DNA of 64,000 bases from Phoronis australis (lineage: Eukaryota > Animalia > Phoronida). The notes beneath the pieces are model-generated. The model did not search any database, was not told where the DNA came from, and saw nothing but the letters and a program-made list of their open reading frames with translations. Of this stretch, positions 13,290-27,828 are shown one piece after another. Where the stretch lies: contig NMRA01000012.1 in the NCBI GenBank assembly GCA_002633005.1, positions 400,487 through 464,486 of the forward strand, in the 5' to 3' direction. Position 1 is the stretch's first letter. Each line of letters starts with the position of its first letter. The translations under genes and the position numbers were made by a program.

Positions 13290-14150
13290 CTTTTCTGAGC
13301 TATCCAATTATCCAATCAGATTAAAACATCAAAGGTCATTCTGTACAAGCATAAATTTTGATGTGGACACTGAACCTTTGCCATACAATTACTACATGTA
13401 AGCGTGTTATAATCCACTTTTTGGGGTCATTTGGTACGATTATATGGTCATTAGGTGCATTTTTCTTTGGAATTTTCAACTTTTTCTTTCATCTTGTATT
13501 CCTCTGTGTCAACATTTATATAGACATCTATCATTCTTAGCACTATCTAGAGATTTTATACTATTTATGGCTTGTATTACTTTGGCTCACAATGCACTGG
13601 AATGGGTCAACCGGTGCAAAGATCAAAATGTGATTTCTCTTCCAGTTTTAAAGTCATAGTTTTCCGCGTAAGTGTGCATGAGTTATGCTCTTGCCAAATT
13701 ACAGGTATTACTTTTCTAAGCGATTCAAGCATGCAATCAGATTAAAAAGGTTACTCTTTGCAAACATAAATTTTGAGCTTAACACTAAAGTTTGCGGTAA
13801 GTGTTTAATACATGTACAAAATTTACAATCCCAAACTTTGGGGCCATTTGCTGCCCGCATCTGATTGTTGGGTGCATTTTTGTGCAATTTTCAATTTTCA
13901 ACTTCTATATTCATCTGCTTTGGTTCTGTATTGACAATTAGACTTCATATTTTAAGAAATTTTCTTCTTTTGTGCTCACAATCCCCTGCAAAGGCCCTCT
14001 ACTTTTCAAAGTGTTGTATTGATCCTTCTGTTCACATGTGTAAGGCTACATACTAATTACGCATATTACTCTTCTAAATGATCCAGTTGCCCAATCAGAT
14101 TGAATATCTCAAAGGTCCCTCAGTGCAAGCATAAACTTGAAGCTGGACTT
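13290..14150. repeat. Old, diverged tandem repeat with a 360-420 bp unit
   Basis: The block caatcagatt..aaaggt..caaRcataaa recurs near 13312, 13734 and 14092. Confidence 0.6.
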
Positions 14151-14299
14151 TGAGGCATGTAGTGATCTCCATCAACAGTCAATAAATATAAAAAGTTGAA
14201 CAATAGTCTTCCTACGCTGCTGTGCATATGTCTTTAAATCAATGGAACAAGACAGGTACATGGTTGTTAGTCACAAGAGCCTTGCATTTTGAGAACCAG

Positions 14300-14705
14300 G
14301 GCCCGGCCTCTAATCTTTGTACTCGAAACGAACTCGAAACTATTTTTGGCAATTTCTCTGCTCCTTTTGTGCGAACTTAAGATAATTGGTTATCAGACTG
14401 TGCTCGAATACATTATAGTTTATGCATAGGAGTTTCTAGTTCAAGTTTGCCCTTGAACTAAGACCCTTATATTCGTGCTACAAACTCGAGTAAAAAACTC
14501 GAAATTTCGAGTTCAAACTCGAACTTATTGCTTTAATATTGGGTTTACAAACTGTGAACTAAGGGCAATAAATTTTCTACGTAAGTTATTGTGTACTCGA
14601 GCATAGAATAATAGACACTTATCTTGAGTTCACCCAAAAGTAGAGTAGAAATTGCCAAACCTAATTTCGAGTTCCATTTCGAGTAAAAAGATTGGAGACC
14701 TGGCG
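14300..14705. mobile_element. PIF/Harbinger-like MITE with CAG target duplication
   Basis: CAG|GGCCCGGCCTCTAATCTTTGTACTCGAAA ... TTTCGAGTAAAAAGATTGGAGACCTGGCG|CAG. The interior is rich in ACTCGA/TCGAGT motifs. Confidence 0.75.
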
Positions 14706-15699
14706 CAGTTATCTCTACTGAATAACACACATCAAACTGGTTCTCAAAATGTTGGACACCTGTAAGTGACTATTGCCAGGGGCAAACCCCCCTCCCGACC
14801 TCCCCCATTCGGTGCTATGCGCATCTACAATCGTGGTTGGTGCAAATGCTTACAGAAAAAAAAGTTGGACCCCACTTGTGATATCCTAGATCCGCCACTG
14901 TATGTAGACTGTTTCGTATTAACGCAAATTTTATTGAATGTTCAATAATGATGTTCGAGTGCACCTACTGCACGCCAATACAAAAGTAGACCAAGTTTAT
15001 TTCTGCCCAAAGATAAGACATGGCTAGTCTCACAATATGGTTGTTTTCGTTTTTATTTCCCATTCATTTTCTCTGTTCTTGCTCTTCATAGTACAGACAA
15101 ATATATTGAGAGTTTGAGTGAAAGAGTTTAAGTGAGTGACCAACACTGTTGTCTATTCAAGATGTTCTGTGAGCCAGAGTGGCCATTTTAACTGATTCTG
15201 TTGACCATCAGGGGAAATAACTACCACCCCTTATTCTTTTTTGATGTTCTGGTTAACCTTATTGCCAAAGTTCAACAGAAATGAGAAGGACTGTTTATAC
15301 TGGTCAGATACTGGGTTGGTTACATCATTTGACCTGAGGCCTCCATATGTTGGAGCTGGAGTAGGACATTTGTTACCAGTGCAGAATGGAAACACAAACA
15401 ATGGCAGATGTTTTATCAATAAGTTATCAATTTAATGTTCTGCTGTGTATCTATACACAGTTTAAGCAGCAATGATGATCTGGGAGATTCTTACTGACAA
15501 AATGCTTGTATAAGGTCAAATCAGTTTGAAACAGGACCCAAAATTGAGGGTTTCTAAAAAAAACAAACATGTTCCTATAACAAAGTTATTTAAAAACATT
15601 CACAAGTATGAATTCTCAACTCATGAAAGTAATATCAAAATGGTCTTATATTATGGTGACACAGTGACGTCCACCATTACTGTGAACTTATGCATGCTT

Positions 15700-16062
15700 C
15701 TAACTGTGCTAGAATGCTGTTTGAGCATCAACTACGCTAATCAAAAGTGCGGTTGTAGTTCATTGACAATTTGTAATTTATGTAAAAACAAAAATTCTGC
15801 AAATAGGTGACATGTGCACTAATGACGCACATTGGGGTCTCACATAACCCGCATCATGCAATGTTATTCCGTAGGTCAAGATACTTACTGGACATGGTTG
15901 AGTGATTTGTGGCACATCATTTCTGCCTCAAAACGTGTTTTTAAAAAATTGGAAAATCATTTTTCAACCTACTTCATATTCACATCACAGCTAAATGCTG
16001 TGTTTCTAACTAATTTGACAAAGCAATCACGCCAATAAGTTATTGGCCTGCAAGTTTTACTT
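15700..16062 (-). mobile_element. Same TTAA MITE family, inverted and eroded copy 3
   Basis: Reverse complement of 9344-9700 (gcatcatgcaatgttattcc, tcaacctacttcatattcacat, ctaatttgac). Boundaries approximate. Confidence 0.7.
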
Positions 16063-16384
16063 ATGGATCCACACGTATTAGTTCTTAGCTGTGACTGGAG
16101 CCTCATCAAGTCCTGTGACTGGAGCCTCATCAAGTCATTGGTATGTGTGTAATATACTGAACTACATGTCATTAAAAAGGGATTTCTAATGAATTTACAC
16201 ATATTTAATGTTCCTTTCAGTTCTTCTCACAAGTTATTCTGAACATGCAAGCAGACATTTTTTCTGATGGTAATTGACTAGAGTCTCAAAAAAACAAATC
16301 TGCAAGCTCGATTGCCTGTGCATTCTCTAGTTTGTCACAGACTGTGTTATAGTGTTTGTGTATCTCCTAAACCCATCCAAGAAC

Positions 16385-16698
16385 TTTTTTAAATTTCGCA
16401 GTATTGGTTTCCTATTAACTTGACAGCAGATGGACGGATTCGACTACCGTTGTGGTTCTTAATGGCAGTTTTTTTTACGTTTGCCTTTGTTTCTTTGGAG
16501 TTCTTTGATGGATTTTCTTGAAATTTGGTAAATACCGGGTAGTTACGTAAGAGACGACACCTTCCTATTTTTGGATGGGCTAAATGTATTCTGTGCAATC
16601 TGATGACCATTTTTTTGATACTAATAAACACCCCTAGAAGCATTACCGTTTGGGGGTACTGTCATGGGTGCATTTCAGCGCCCTACCTTGCTCTTGTC
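16385..16698 (+). mobile_element. Short HINE/DINE-1-like remnant
   Basis: The 3' end gggtgcatttcagcgccctaccttgctcttgt resembles the end of 55554-57063. Internal atggattttcttgaaatttggta motif is shared. Confidence 0.55.
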
Positions 16699-17776
16699 TA
16701 CACATAATTTTGTAATTGCCAAATCCATTCAAGCTGGTGGCATTATTTGAGTAAGGCAAACCACCCTCCTATAGTATTGCCCTAACCACTACTATTCCAT
16801 GACACTGTTAGTCTAAAGCCTCGTGCAATTGTTAAGCTATATTTTTATCGCGATGTGATTTCCATCTTGTATAGCAAACATGTTTGTTGTACTAAGCCAC
16901 AGAAGCAAACATACTTTGTTTTTGTAGACAATTTTCCCTCTAAGCCTCTGGGGGCATTACCTTGCTCTATGTCTCTCAATTACTTGCTCTGCTGGAATTT
17001 CCCATTCTGTTGCTTGTTAACCTGATGTAGTTTGAAATGGCTCCAGCACTATGCAGCCCATGACAACAGTCTTCTCCACTTACTGAAGACTAATTACCTT
17101 ACTAGTGCTGCTAAATGTAGTACCCTGATAGAAGTCCATCCTGTTTTTTGTTCTCTTCACACTTGACACAAGTTTTGCTGTATTCTTTGTGTAACTTGCT
17201 TTGATGTTTTAGATTCAAAATGTAGGGTTGCAGTTACTTGTGTCATAACGTCATTGAAGTATGTGGCAGGTCATTGAAGTATGTGGCAGCGACAAGCCAA
17301 ATGGATGTGGTGCAACTAATGTCAGGTCTGCTGGCTGTTTGAATGAGAAACAGAAGTACCCAACTTTTGACCAGTTTATAAGCTTAGTGTGGTTTCAGGT
17401 GTCCTAAATTATGGCAACGGGGCCATATTTTTGTAGTGTATGTCTGGTATGATCCGCACCTTGTGATCTTGTGACATGTATAAGCATTTTTCAATATTTC
17501 AGTTATCCTGTGTTTTAATTGTGGCTGTTCGTGTTGTATGCACATTTGATATTGTTCCCAGAGTGCGCCATATTTTTAAAATTTTCATACATGTTTTCTG
17601 TTTTATCCTTAAAATTTCATCTTTTGCCAGGCATAGTCACAGAAATACACATAGCTGGCAAGTGATTAGCCCTATACCTTTGTTTCGGAAATTCATACTC
17701 AAATTGCAAAAAATTTTTTATTACATATTCACATATTTTTACGGATGATTCTTAACCTGTGCGGACATGGATTATT

Positions 17777-18165
17777 AGCTGCTTTTACGCGAGAGACAGT
17801 TGTCACTGTGTCATTAGTCATGGCGCGTCTTGCTCCACTTTAGTCACATCGCAAACTGGATCAGCATGAGTCACACTGACAAGAAGACTCTCTGGGCATG
17901 CTCACATAAACAATAGCGAATGTCCAAACCACGTGGAATGGCAGCTGATCACCAGAATATACGCTGTTATCCCTTTCCGACTTGCCCCAGTTGTGTTTAG
18001 ACCTGTAGTTGAAACTGGAGCAGCTGATCGAGTGCAACTTGCTCTATCTATCATGGTGTCAAAAACTGGCCGCTGCGCTGTGGTGTCACTTCCTCCCCGT
18101 GCTTATACACACTTGTAACCGATTTGTGTTAGCATTGCCGTCAGCCGTCATATAAATTCATAGCT
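17777..18165 (-). mobile_element. Same MITE family as 9812-10272, inverted copy
   Basis: ggtgtcaaaaactggccg, gagtgcaacttgctctat and aatgtccaaaccac are reverse complements of segments of 9940-10120. Confidence 0.7.
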
Positions 18166-18491
18166 GTTCTTGTTATCTTGGTTTTAACTAATACAATTAC
18201 AGTTCTAAAGTGTATTTTTCTTTCAACTCTCATGTTAGGGAGTTGTACTCAGTGGTGACAAAACACTCTGCAACTCACTGAAAACATTAGCCTCTGTTTC
18301 AAATGCAAAGTGATGTCACAGCAGAAGTGATCATCTGAATTGTGCTTGCCAAACCACAGCAGTTTAAGTGGCTGTATAAACATGTTGTCTGTCAAAAATT
18401 AACATTTGATTAAGGGCACTTACTGATCTTAACTTGTTTAGGCCAACTAATTCTCATGGATGTGCTGCAAAGTTAGTTGAACCTCTTATTA

Positions 18492-19000
18492 AGGGCCTTT
18501 CATATTAACATCAACGCGTTGATGGTTTGGGTAGTTGTGGTCGGTATGAACGTTTAACTTCGGTCCTGGATCGCGGTTAACAGCTCCAGTTAATATCGCA
18601 GTTAAGAGGTGGATTTAGCAGTGCAGCGTCGATGCTGCGGTGCAGTATGAACTTTCAGCTTCGGTCCTATCGAAGTTATTGCCAGCTGCCACTGTCTTCG
18701 TCAACGATTTCAGGGTAGTGCCATCGCTAATAGTTGCTTATATTTTGCTCTAATTATCACCAATCGATGTAAAAATACGTTTTGTGTCAATTAGCACATC
18801 ATGTAAATGTTCCCAAATTGTCACTTTGAAAAAAATCTTAGCTTACAGTGCTACCTTGCGATAACTTCGATGACGATAGCGTCACCAACCGTTTACGTTG
18901 ATGTTCATTAACTACCGAAGCCAGTATGAACGGTCCAGTTAACTGCGCTGTTAAGTCAACGTTCCGCTCAGACCGGAGTTAAGTCAATATGAAAGGGCCA
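18492..19000 (+). mobile_element. PIF/Harbinger (Tourist-like) MITE, copy 1
   Basis: TTA|AGGGCCTTTCATATT ... AATATGAAAGGGCCA|TTA. Collinear with 62714-63218. Confidence 0.88.
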
Positions 19001-19022
19001 TTAGACTGGATCCAGTAGTTAT

Positions 19023-19507
19023 GGTTATGTATGAGCTTATCGACAAGTCTATACATTTAGCCAAATAGTGTACAAACCTACAGAGTTTATCTCTGTAAAA
19101 GTATTTTCTGCGAGTAGAAATTCTGAAGAATTAAGATTTTTGACCGTTACTGCTTAGGTCATGTGAGCCTGTTTTTTTAGAAAAGGTACGTTCATAGCAA
19201 AAGCTGACAGGATTAATAATTTGACCAAATTTCATATGATATGAATGTTCGAGATAATACCTTAAAAACAGTTACAGTTTCGTTTTCATTTTACGTAACT
19301 TTTATGTAATTTTTTCATAAAAGCCATATAAGTCCTAATTTTTATAGCCTTTCTTATATAAGTGGAAGGTTTTGAAAACAATTCTCAATGGTGCTTTGGA
19401 AAACAGTGTGTAAAGTATAGTTTTACGTGAATCTGATCAGATATTTCTCAGATTATGATGTTCCCAAATTTGTCATAATTAGACAGTTTTCTTGTGTCCT
19501 ACATAAG
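19023..19507. mobile_element. Same family as 4703-5104, copy 2 (diverged ends)
   Basis: By-eye collinearity with 4703-5104. Boundaries approximate. Confidence 0.55.
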
Positions 19508-22500
19508 ACACGGAAGTTATCTCTTGTTAATGCTGAGGTCGTCGAGGCTATTGCAACATGGTGCTGCAAAAATGTTACGTATACGGAGTATTGTGTATAT
19601 GTTTGGATGAGAAATGAAATGAAGTTCTTATAAAGGTAGAATGATGAGTATTTGAATAAATAACAAAAGATAACATGATGCATGTGGTTATTGACTGTCT
19701 AAGTACCTTTCACACAGACTACGTTGAAATGTCGAAGCATCAGAGCAAAATCCATCTCTATATTAGGAAGTTAAGTTGTTATTTTTAACTTCGGACCTGG
19801 TTAACCTTCCACAGTTTGACCGACACTCCCCAAAACATTGATTTGTCAACATTGAGGTGTTAACATTGGTGTGAAAAGCTGTTCAGATAAGAAGTGATTC
19901 CTAGGCTTGGAAAGAATTGAGTTTGTTATTGCTTGTATTATCATGCTTAATGAATTGTCTTGTAATGATGGGTTGTGTCTCAGCATGTCTCAGCTCTACC
20001 AAACTGTTGCATCTTCCCTTAAGTCCAAGATCTTAGGCCTAAATAGGCTTGCTTTTGGTCTGGTAATCAAGATAATTGCTGGGCACTGCAACCAAACTGC
20101 CCTGAGAATGATGTGGAAGTGAGGTGCGTTAAGCATTTACTTGCCCTGCCAATGCTGGCTTGATGGACACATTACCTGCCTGGAGGTAGTTGCCAGATCA
20201 TAAAGGGATGTGTTCTGTAGATGCAGGACATGGCTAAAGCTAATGTGATTACATTCTTAGCTTGTAATGCGTGGTGATATCTCTTGAGCACTTGGGTTTT
20301 TGCGATTTTCTTGTGTCTGCGGAACACATCCCAGTTTAAAAGATCATTTTAAATCCTGAGGACAGCTCCAGACTGAAAGAGGAACCTTGTGTTGAGGGGT
20401 CCACTGGAGTTATTAGCAGGTGCTAAGTATGATAGGTCCAGGCCTTCAGCCTTAGCACACCTGGCACTTTGCAAAATGCTCCCAGTCACCTCTTTTTGTG
20501 ATCCAGAAATCTCTCATAAAGCAGTTACCAATTTTACTAGCTTGGCAAGTGGTTGATAATCAAATGCTGCTTTCTTTGAGTGTAGAATGCTGGTTTACAA
20601 CGGCTTTTAAGATATTCTTTTGAAGTAGCGTGCATGTTAAAAAAGTGACTACAATATGCTACCACATATGTTAGGGCATAACAAATGAAGTAAACTGCTA
20701 TTGAGAAGGTGGCAACCCGTAACAGTTCAGACTTTGTTCAAAACTACATTATAAATAGAAGTGTTAAAATTATACTCTAGGTTTAATTCGTGGTTAGTTA
20801 TTTTTGGTTTAGCATTGTGTCTATGTAGGTGTACTCTTTAATCAACTGATTTAATTTGGTCTTTTTATGCTAATAAAAAACTAACATGTATCCTTTGCCT
20901 ATGATGTCAGATCATTATACTTGGAATAGGATTACAACATGCCAATACCCACAGCATACGCCTTTGATTTATCATCTAAGCCTTGTTTGGAATGTGTTTT
21001 ATAGCCACCATGATAATGGAATTATAAAAGCAGCTTTTGATTGAATACTTGTAACTTATGATGGATTTTGTCTTGACCTGGAACACTTCGTAGGAGTTGG
21101 AGGGGTGGGGGGCATGTTGTCAAAAATATCATTTCACTATACAGAAACTGCAATGTTGGAGTTTTAAATTACATGTGTACTGTACATGTACGACCGTAAT
21201 TTTTCTGGTTTGGAATATATGTTATGCTCAACTTGAGGAAATGTTGTTTTGATGAACAGTGCCATATTAGTACAATTCTGATGAAAGGGGGGGGGGGGTT
21301 AGAGAAAACTGCTGGCATTGAAATCACTTTTTTAGTTAAAACTGCCTTTCCTCTGTGTTTTGCTGCCAAAAAGCAAAAATAAATTATGCCTCTTAAGCTC
21401 ATAAAGTCCATCTTGTAATATTCCTTATAGAGCTAGCATTTGATTTCCGTTAGCTACAAGAACATTCGAAGTGTTACTGAGACACCTAAAAATTGCATGA
21501 ACGCATTGTCTTTGGCTTGAGTTGTTGGCTGATTTGACAACAGTTCGGTGTCGTGACAATGTTTTTAAGCCCCAATGCACATGAGTTATAACAATTCAGC
21601 TTTGGTAGCTAAACAGTGTTGAAATGCTTAAAATTTATAATTGATGAAATTCAGTCATCCCTAGAATGGTCATATATGATCAGGTGATGCTGAGTCCTTT
21701 CACTATTTTATTCAATAATCATGTGAGCTAACTCATAAGTCCACTGGTGAGGCTTGGAAAAGTATCATAACCATAGGCTGACAAACTCTTCGTTTTTCAG
21801 TCATGTAAATTGTACTAAAAACACGGGGCACAAATTAAGCGTAGTTTCTGCAAAGTGTTCAAGTGCAAACTTGTGAGCATAATCAATGAAGCAATATTTT
21901 TGTAGTCACGTAAAAATGAAGCATGAGACTGTATTTACAAAGCAATATTTCTCTGAGACGTCATTGTAATATACAATGTAATTACTGGTGGGTGTATAGA
22001 CAAGGTAATGACTAGTTTGTCATGCAAGCTACGAAAACTGTTGTGAAAAACACTTGTCTTGTGGACCAATGAACAAATGCAAAAAATATTTATCCAGTCA
22101 AGTTGACTTGTGTTGTTTTCGTACAATTTGGTGTTATGTTTTGATTTGATGGTAGTTCCTATCTTCATAAGTTATGATAATTTTCAATGTTTTGTCAACT
22201 TGCAATTGCATGCTTTCGTACTTTTAAGTAATATTTAAAATCTCATGGGTCAAAGGATAATGTATTCCCTGCTCTAAACGATGTACTCAGTTAGGTACAG
22301 TTAGACATTCATAGTTGTTCATTGCACCCCCTGTTGGTTTGATGTACAAAGTAAATCCTAGTCCTTCAAGCGTATGGTTAGAAAATTGAAAGGTGATTAT
22401 TGTGTGACAAGTCTGGAGTAGGGATAGTTGGCCTTCTAGTTCATTCCGTGAGAAAAATTGGCCTAATCACACTGCTTGTGGTGCAAAATTAACCTTTAGC

Positions 22501-23384
22501 TGTAACTTTCATCTAACTTGCAGTACTTATTCTGCAGTTTGGACACAGTATGGTAGCAAAGTGAAATTTCATTTTTGTTCCAAGTACTCAACAAAATAGT
22601 AATCTTTGAAATTCAAAAATTGGTGATTATCAATTATTTTTTTCCCATAATAGAAATTTTATCCATAGTGTGGGACGTCACATCAGGCAGGACGAAGGTT
22701 AAGTGAAATTTCTTGTCCAAAGTCTAATTTTGTTTAATACAACTTATGGCATTGTCTAAGAATGCATGGAAATCAAGTTATAGTTTTTAACAGGGTTGGG
22801 CAGTATTGACAACTTTACTGAATTTCACCATGGGCAAGCTGTGTTCACATCAACTAAACCCCATTGTAACTCTTTCAGTGGTTGCCACTGTTGTCGTGTA
22901 ATCATTACTGTTTACACCATAGTTCAAACTGTTGTAACCCTAAATCCATGGTTTTAGTGGCTAGTCCTCAATGATAACACTTTCATATTCACCCCATGGG
23001 TGGACTATTATTTCCAAGATTTGACAGCAGCGCCACCTACCTAGTTATAACTTTCGCAACTGTTTGCGTTCAACCCAAGTTACAATGGTCATAATCTCTC
23101 ACTAAACTGGACCTTCACAAAGGTTTGTAACCATGTCTACTGTTACAACTTTTAAAATGGGTTTAAAGTGTTCAGACGAGAGTTATAGCCTTTAAATCCT
23201 TAAAAGTTATAACCACTTAAATGTGACCAGGGCATGATTAAGGCAAATAACATTGAAAACCTAGTTGATGTATTCTTATGGAAGGACTTTAAATGTCTTT
23301 CCCACTTGGGGAGTGTGGGTCAGTGGGAACGTTTATTGTAGTCTTGGATTGAAGTAAACAACTCAAGTGTACTACTTTAAGTAA

Positions 23385-23656
23385 ATAGGTGGATTTAACA
23401 GCAAGGCCTCAACACTTAAATACAGTGGGAATACTCAACTTCGGTTTCCATCAAAATTATCGCTAGGGGTCACTGCTATTACAATGGTAAAAGTCATATT
23501 ACACCACTTTGCGATAAGTTTGTTGACGATAGCGTCACCTAGTGATAACTTTGATGTCTGTTAACTACCAAAGCCAATAGCAGCGCTCAAGTTAACTTCG
23601 CAAGTCAGTACGTTGACACTTTGGAAGTATCGGATTTAACTTGATGGAAAAGGCCT
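23385..23656 (+). mobile_element. Partial, diverged third copy of the same Harbinger-like MITE
   Basis: Shares aggtggattta, ttgcgataa, gacgatagcgtcacc and ttaactacc with 18607-18920. Ends aaaggcct. Confidence 0.6.
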
Positions 23657-24648
23657 TTTGATAATTATTGATGATGTCGGCTTATTCTAATTATGTGAAT
23701 TGCATAAACCCTTCATTTAAATGTGCACCAACTTCCCTCATCACAATGTGCGAGTTCATCTTGCATACGGTGCTTTACCATTAGCGACTGAACAGTCTTT
23801 TTCACTCCATACCCATTTTCATTTCTTCCTGTCTAGTCAAATATTCCCCTGAACAGTCTTGTTGGTTTTGTCATTAGTTTGTTTCACTAATGACACAGCA
23901 CACTCCTGGTTTATTGCTTTCCTCCAATAAAACATGTGTTATTGGAGGCTTTCAATGATCTCCAGGGTTTTGTAATTTACCATCATTTTCCATCCATAGT
24001 CAATTACAACTATCTCTAGTCAAACCTTTCTTTGAAAACACTAGCTCTGTACCTCCATAGGATTGGTATAATTATGTTTGTTATCAGAAAGGAGGGCTCT
24101 GTAGGTTTACAAAATCCAAACATTCCTCACCCTAAAGGGTAACCTTGAGAGATCTCAAAGCGAGTGTTACTTGACCCAATTTCAAATCCCAGCATGCGAG
24201 AGGGGCAGAGTTGACGGATATATTTAGTGCAAGTACGTATTCTGTAGGCGAAATGCACCTGGTATTCCATTATATTTGCACTCGAAAAGGTATTTTTTGT
24301 AGGGATATTCCATGAAAAAGTGGCCTTTCATAGGGGTTTGTTCCAAAAATACCATCCTTTTGTAGAGATTCATTCCAGAAACATCATTTCTTAAGACAGC
24401 TGAATTTTTAACTTCTCGGATCAAAAACTGTAATGCTATGTCCATAGAGTGGCAATAAGGCTGGCAGTGTCACCACTATCGAAAATACCAGCGTTTTAGC
24501 CAGACAACCTGTTGGCATGAAGGGGTCATTTTTCCTTTGCAGTTAGTTTGTCTCCTCACCACCCGAAGGGCTTTTAAGCGAAAATTGATGTCAAAACACG
24601 CTCACTTTCTGCCTTAAATTGATTAATGTGATGAAGGGGTCTTACTCC

Positions 24649-24709
24649 TGTGCGTGTGTGTGTGCGTGTGTGCATGTGTGTGTGTGTGTGCGTGTGTGCG
24701 TGTGTGTGT
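24649..24709. repeat. Imperfect (GT)n microsatellite
   Basis: Run of tgtgcgtgtgtg. Confidence 0.95.
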
Positions 24710-25940
24710 CCTTTGAAGTTAGGAGCCTAGCTACAAAAATGCTAGCATAGTTTCAATTTGGCGTAACTCAAAACGCCAGCAAGAGAACAGTGTTTTAAGA
24801 GATGCCATAAAATAAGTACATCTTTTGTAACAAAAGTTTTTAGAGCATAGATTTTATTGAAAATCTCTTTATAAACATGTGTACTAGATAAAAAGAACCT
24901 GTTTAATTGGTAATTTCTTTGGAAAAGGCTCCCTTTTATAGGCATCCTTCCTTAGGGAAAATGAGGCCATGAAAGTCAGCCTTCAGAGCGACAAGTCCTA
25001 GCCCTGTTCTATGGGAGTACCGTAGGGAGCTGCACTAAACCCCTGTTCAATAATGCTATTTGAAATGATTACATTAAATACAGATCCTGTTTTCCTGGTT
25101 TTCTTTAGTTAAATGTGGTTTTGATAGATTGGGGTTATCATATCATGGACTTGAACAGCGTTCTTTCTTTACAAGCCAGAACACATTGAGGGTACAAAAT
25201 CTAATGTTTTGTTACTGAACTCTTGGATTTCATTAAAGCGTTTGATGTTATGAGCTACAGAATTAGGAGACCTGTTTCTGCTACAACAAAACAGAGCTTT
25301 CCCTAATTGACTCAAAATTCTTTTTTTTATTAACTTTTACTGCATTTGTAGACTTGTGAATTCACTGATTTCCTTTCTGATGCTGTTTTAGTTTCATTAC
25401 TAAGTCTACTCTTGTCTTTGATACAAGATTGAACTCTACATTGAATTCCCGATATTGAAAATAAATAGGGATCTTTTCATGTAACACCCTAATTTGTGAA
25501 CTAAGCTCCTTTATTTTCATTGAAGTAAGGGCTCGGAGTTTAGATAAATTAGTAGAAAATGGGACTTAGTCTAAAAGAAGCTCGTAATAAAGATAAAATA
25601 ATAGAAAAACAATATTTGTGAATAAGTATAAGGATATAAACATGCGGACGATTTAGGGAACTATAGTTGAGTCTCTATACGGAACTGGTTCATGTAGTTG
25701 AACACTGAGGCCAGTTTTGTGAAAAGTGACGTAAACTTAAGTCAGGAATTTCGTCTTACACTCCACATAACTATTTGTGAAAAATAATTAAATCTCACTT
25801 GAGCAAAAATGCAAAGACAATATGCGCATAACTGCTGGTTACTGAGATAGTTTCTTTAAATTATTTCTAGACTATAATTGCTCGACTAAACCTTTAATAC
25901 CCAAATGTGGAGTGGGAGTGTCAGACCAAATTTCTGTCCC

Positions 25941-26180
25941 TGTTCATCACTCCTGTGGATACCCTTGTTTCAAATGAACATGTTCATCATTCCTGTGGAT
26001 ACCCTTGTTTCAAATGAACATGTTCATCATTCCTGTGGATACCCTTGTTTCAAATGAACATGTTCATCACTCCTGTGGATACCCTTGTTTCAAATGAACA
26101 TGTTCATCATTCCTGTGGATACCCTTGTTTCAAATGAACGTGTTCATCATTCCTGTGGATACCCTTGTTTCAAATGAACA
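25941..26180. repeat. 40-bp minisatellite, 6 near-identical copies
   Basis: tgttcatcaYtcctgtggatacccttgtttcaaatgaaca at 25941, 25981, 26021, 26061, 26101 and 26141. Confidence 0.97.
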
Positions 26181-27828
26181 TCCCCTTATATGTCATTATT
26201 CATGTCAGAATTGCAAGTGTTTGTAGGTGAAAGAAGACTGGATTATTTTCAAATTCCTGATGCTAAGAAATTCCAAAGGTTAGTGACTTAAATGCCCTTC
26301 CTTCAGACTTACATTGGTGTTACCAGGAATCTAAAATGTCTTCTTTGTTTATTTGTGGTTGTGAAAAAACAGTTGAGGAATTTTGCCTGAATTTGTCTGT
26401 AACTTAAGTATACATGAGATGTCCATGAATGAAAAATATGCTTCAGCCATCTGCAATGGGCAGGGTTTCTGACTAGCAAAATTAAATTAAGATCACTTAC
26501 TTTAAGTTAAAGGATAGCTTAGTTGTCCTTGCCAGTTACGACACATTATGTGTGACAGCCGAAATTTTGTTTTCTCATTTTTTTCACATAAAATATGTAG
26601 CACCAAATTGATGCTTAACCAATTGTTCTAGTTTTTATGATGTCCACTGCCACATATAATTTTGAAAAGCTCTGCGCATTTAACAGTGTAAATAAAACTT
26701 GAAAATTGAAAACGTGGATTTTTGGCAATGCTTTTTATCCGGACTTGGTAAGATCTAACCGTAGGACTGAGGAGTTTTAACTCCAAATTTAAGCTGATTG
26801 TTTGCTGTCACAACACACAAACTTTAGGCAAGGTCAGTCCCTATATAATTCTGATATGCTAGTAGGTATTGAGATGTTTTTGTAACAGTCAAAAAGCAGA
26901 TAACAATGTCTGTGTTTCTGGGTTGGACTGTCATACCCTGGAATATTTACATTCTTCAGGAAATGGAACATTGATGTCTGACTGCAGAACATCTTGACAA
27001 ATCTGATACAGTATTGATCAGTGACTGGTCTGGTCTCTAATTCTGATAACCATCCTATTAATTTATCCGCTAGTTGCTTTCATTAGTTAAATTTTCAGTA
27101 GATGACAGTGGCCAATTGAATTCTGTCTGATCAGTTTAATTTTCAGTAAATGGCACTGGCCAATCAAAGACTGTCTGACTGTAATCCGCTTTAGTTTGTG
27201 ATGTTTGAAATGTCAAGACATGCAATAAACCATCATAAAATTTGCCATTCTCTGATACCAATTATTTTACTTGAAGGTGTAATTTTGCTATCAAAATCTT
27301 GAAAGTACCATTTTCAAAAACAAATGATCAGATTTAAACACCTGCTCACACATTTTTAAGCTTCTCAGTTTGAACCTGAGATTTTTGTTAGGGTCTTGGT
27401 TACCGGAGTGATTTTCACGATAAATTTCGATGGTGAGTTACCCACGATGAAAATTACCACAAAACTTCCAGAAAAGATGCCAAAGCTGTGACCAACTGTT
27501 TACACCTAACTACTCAATAACTACATGAGTTTCACTTACAGTGTCTTTATGGATAAATGCTTTACCCTTTACAATTATGTAAAAAAGAGGATTGTTGGTT
27601 CTGTCCTCTGTTTTTTGTTTTGAAAATCGAGTCAGTGGTGCGGTAGCTTCTAGTTGCTCATTTTCAATCAAGAAAATCCACATGAGACGAGCAAAAATGA
27701 TGCGGGATTTGTTTTTTGTATTTTCTACTGGTCCTTGGCAAATCATGACATTCCAAACCTTGCTTACGTGCTTTTGTGCAGCTTTTCAACAAACCCAAAT
27801 TAATGAGCTTGTTATAGACCAAATTAGA

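Noticed and set aside
20355-20380. CTGAGGA...GAAA hammerhead-like string
   Set aside because: Stem II is only 2-3 bp, and there is no stem III palindrome or cleavage triplet context.
25941-26180. Regular short repeats resembling a CRISPR array
   Set aside because: Units are contiguous with no unique spacers, there are no cas genes and the context is eukaryotic. It is a minisatellite.
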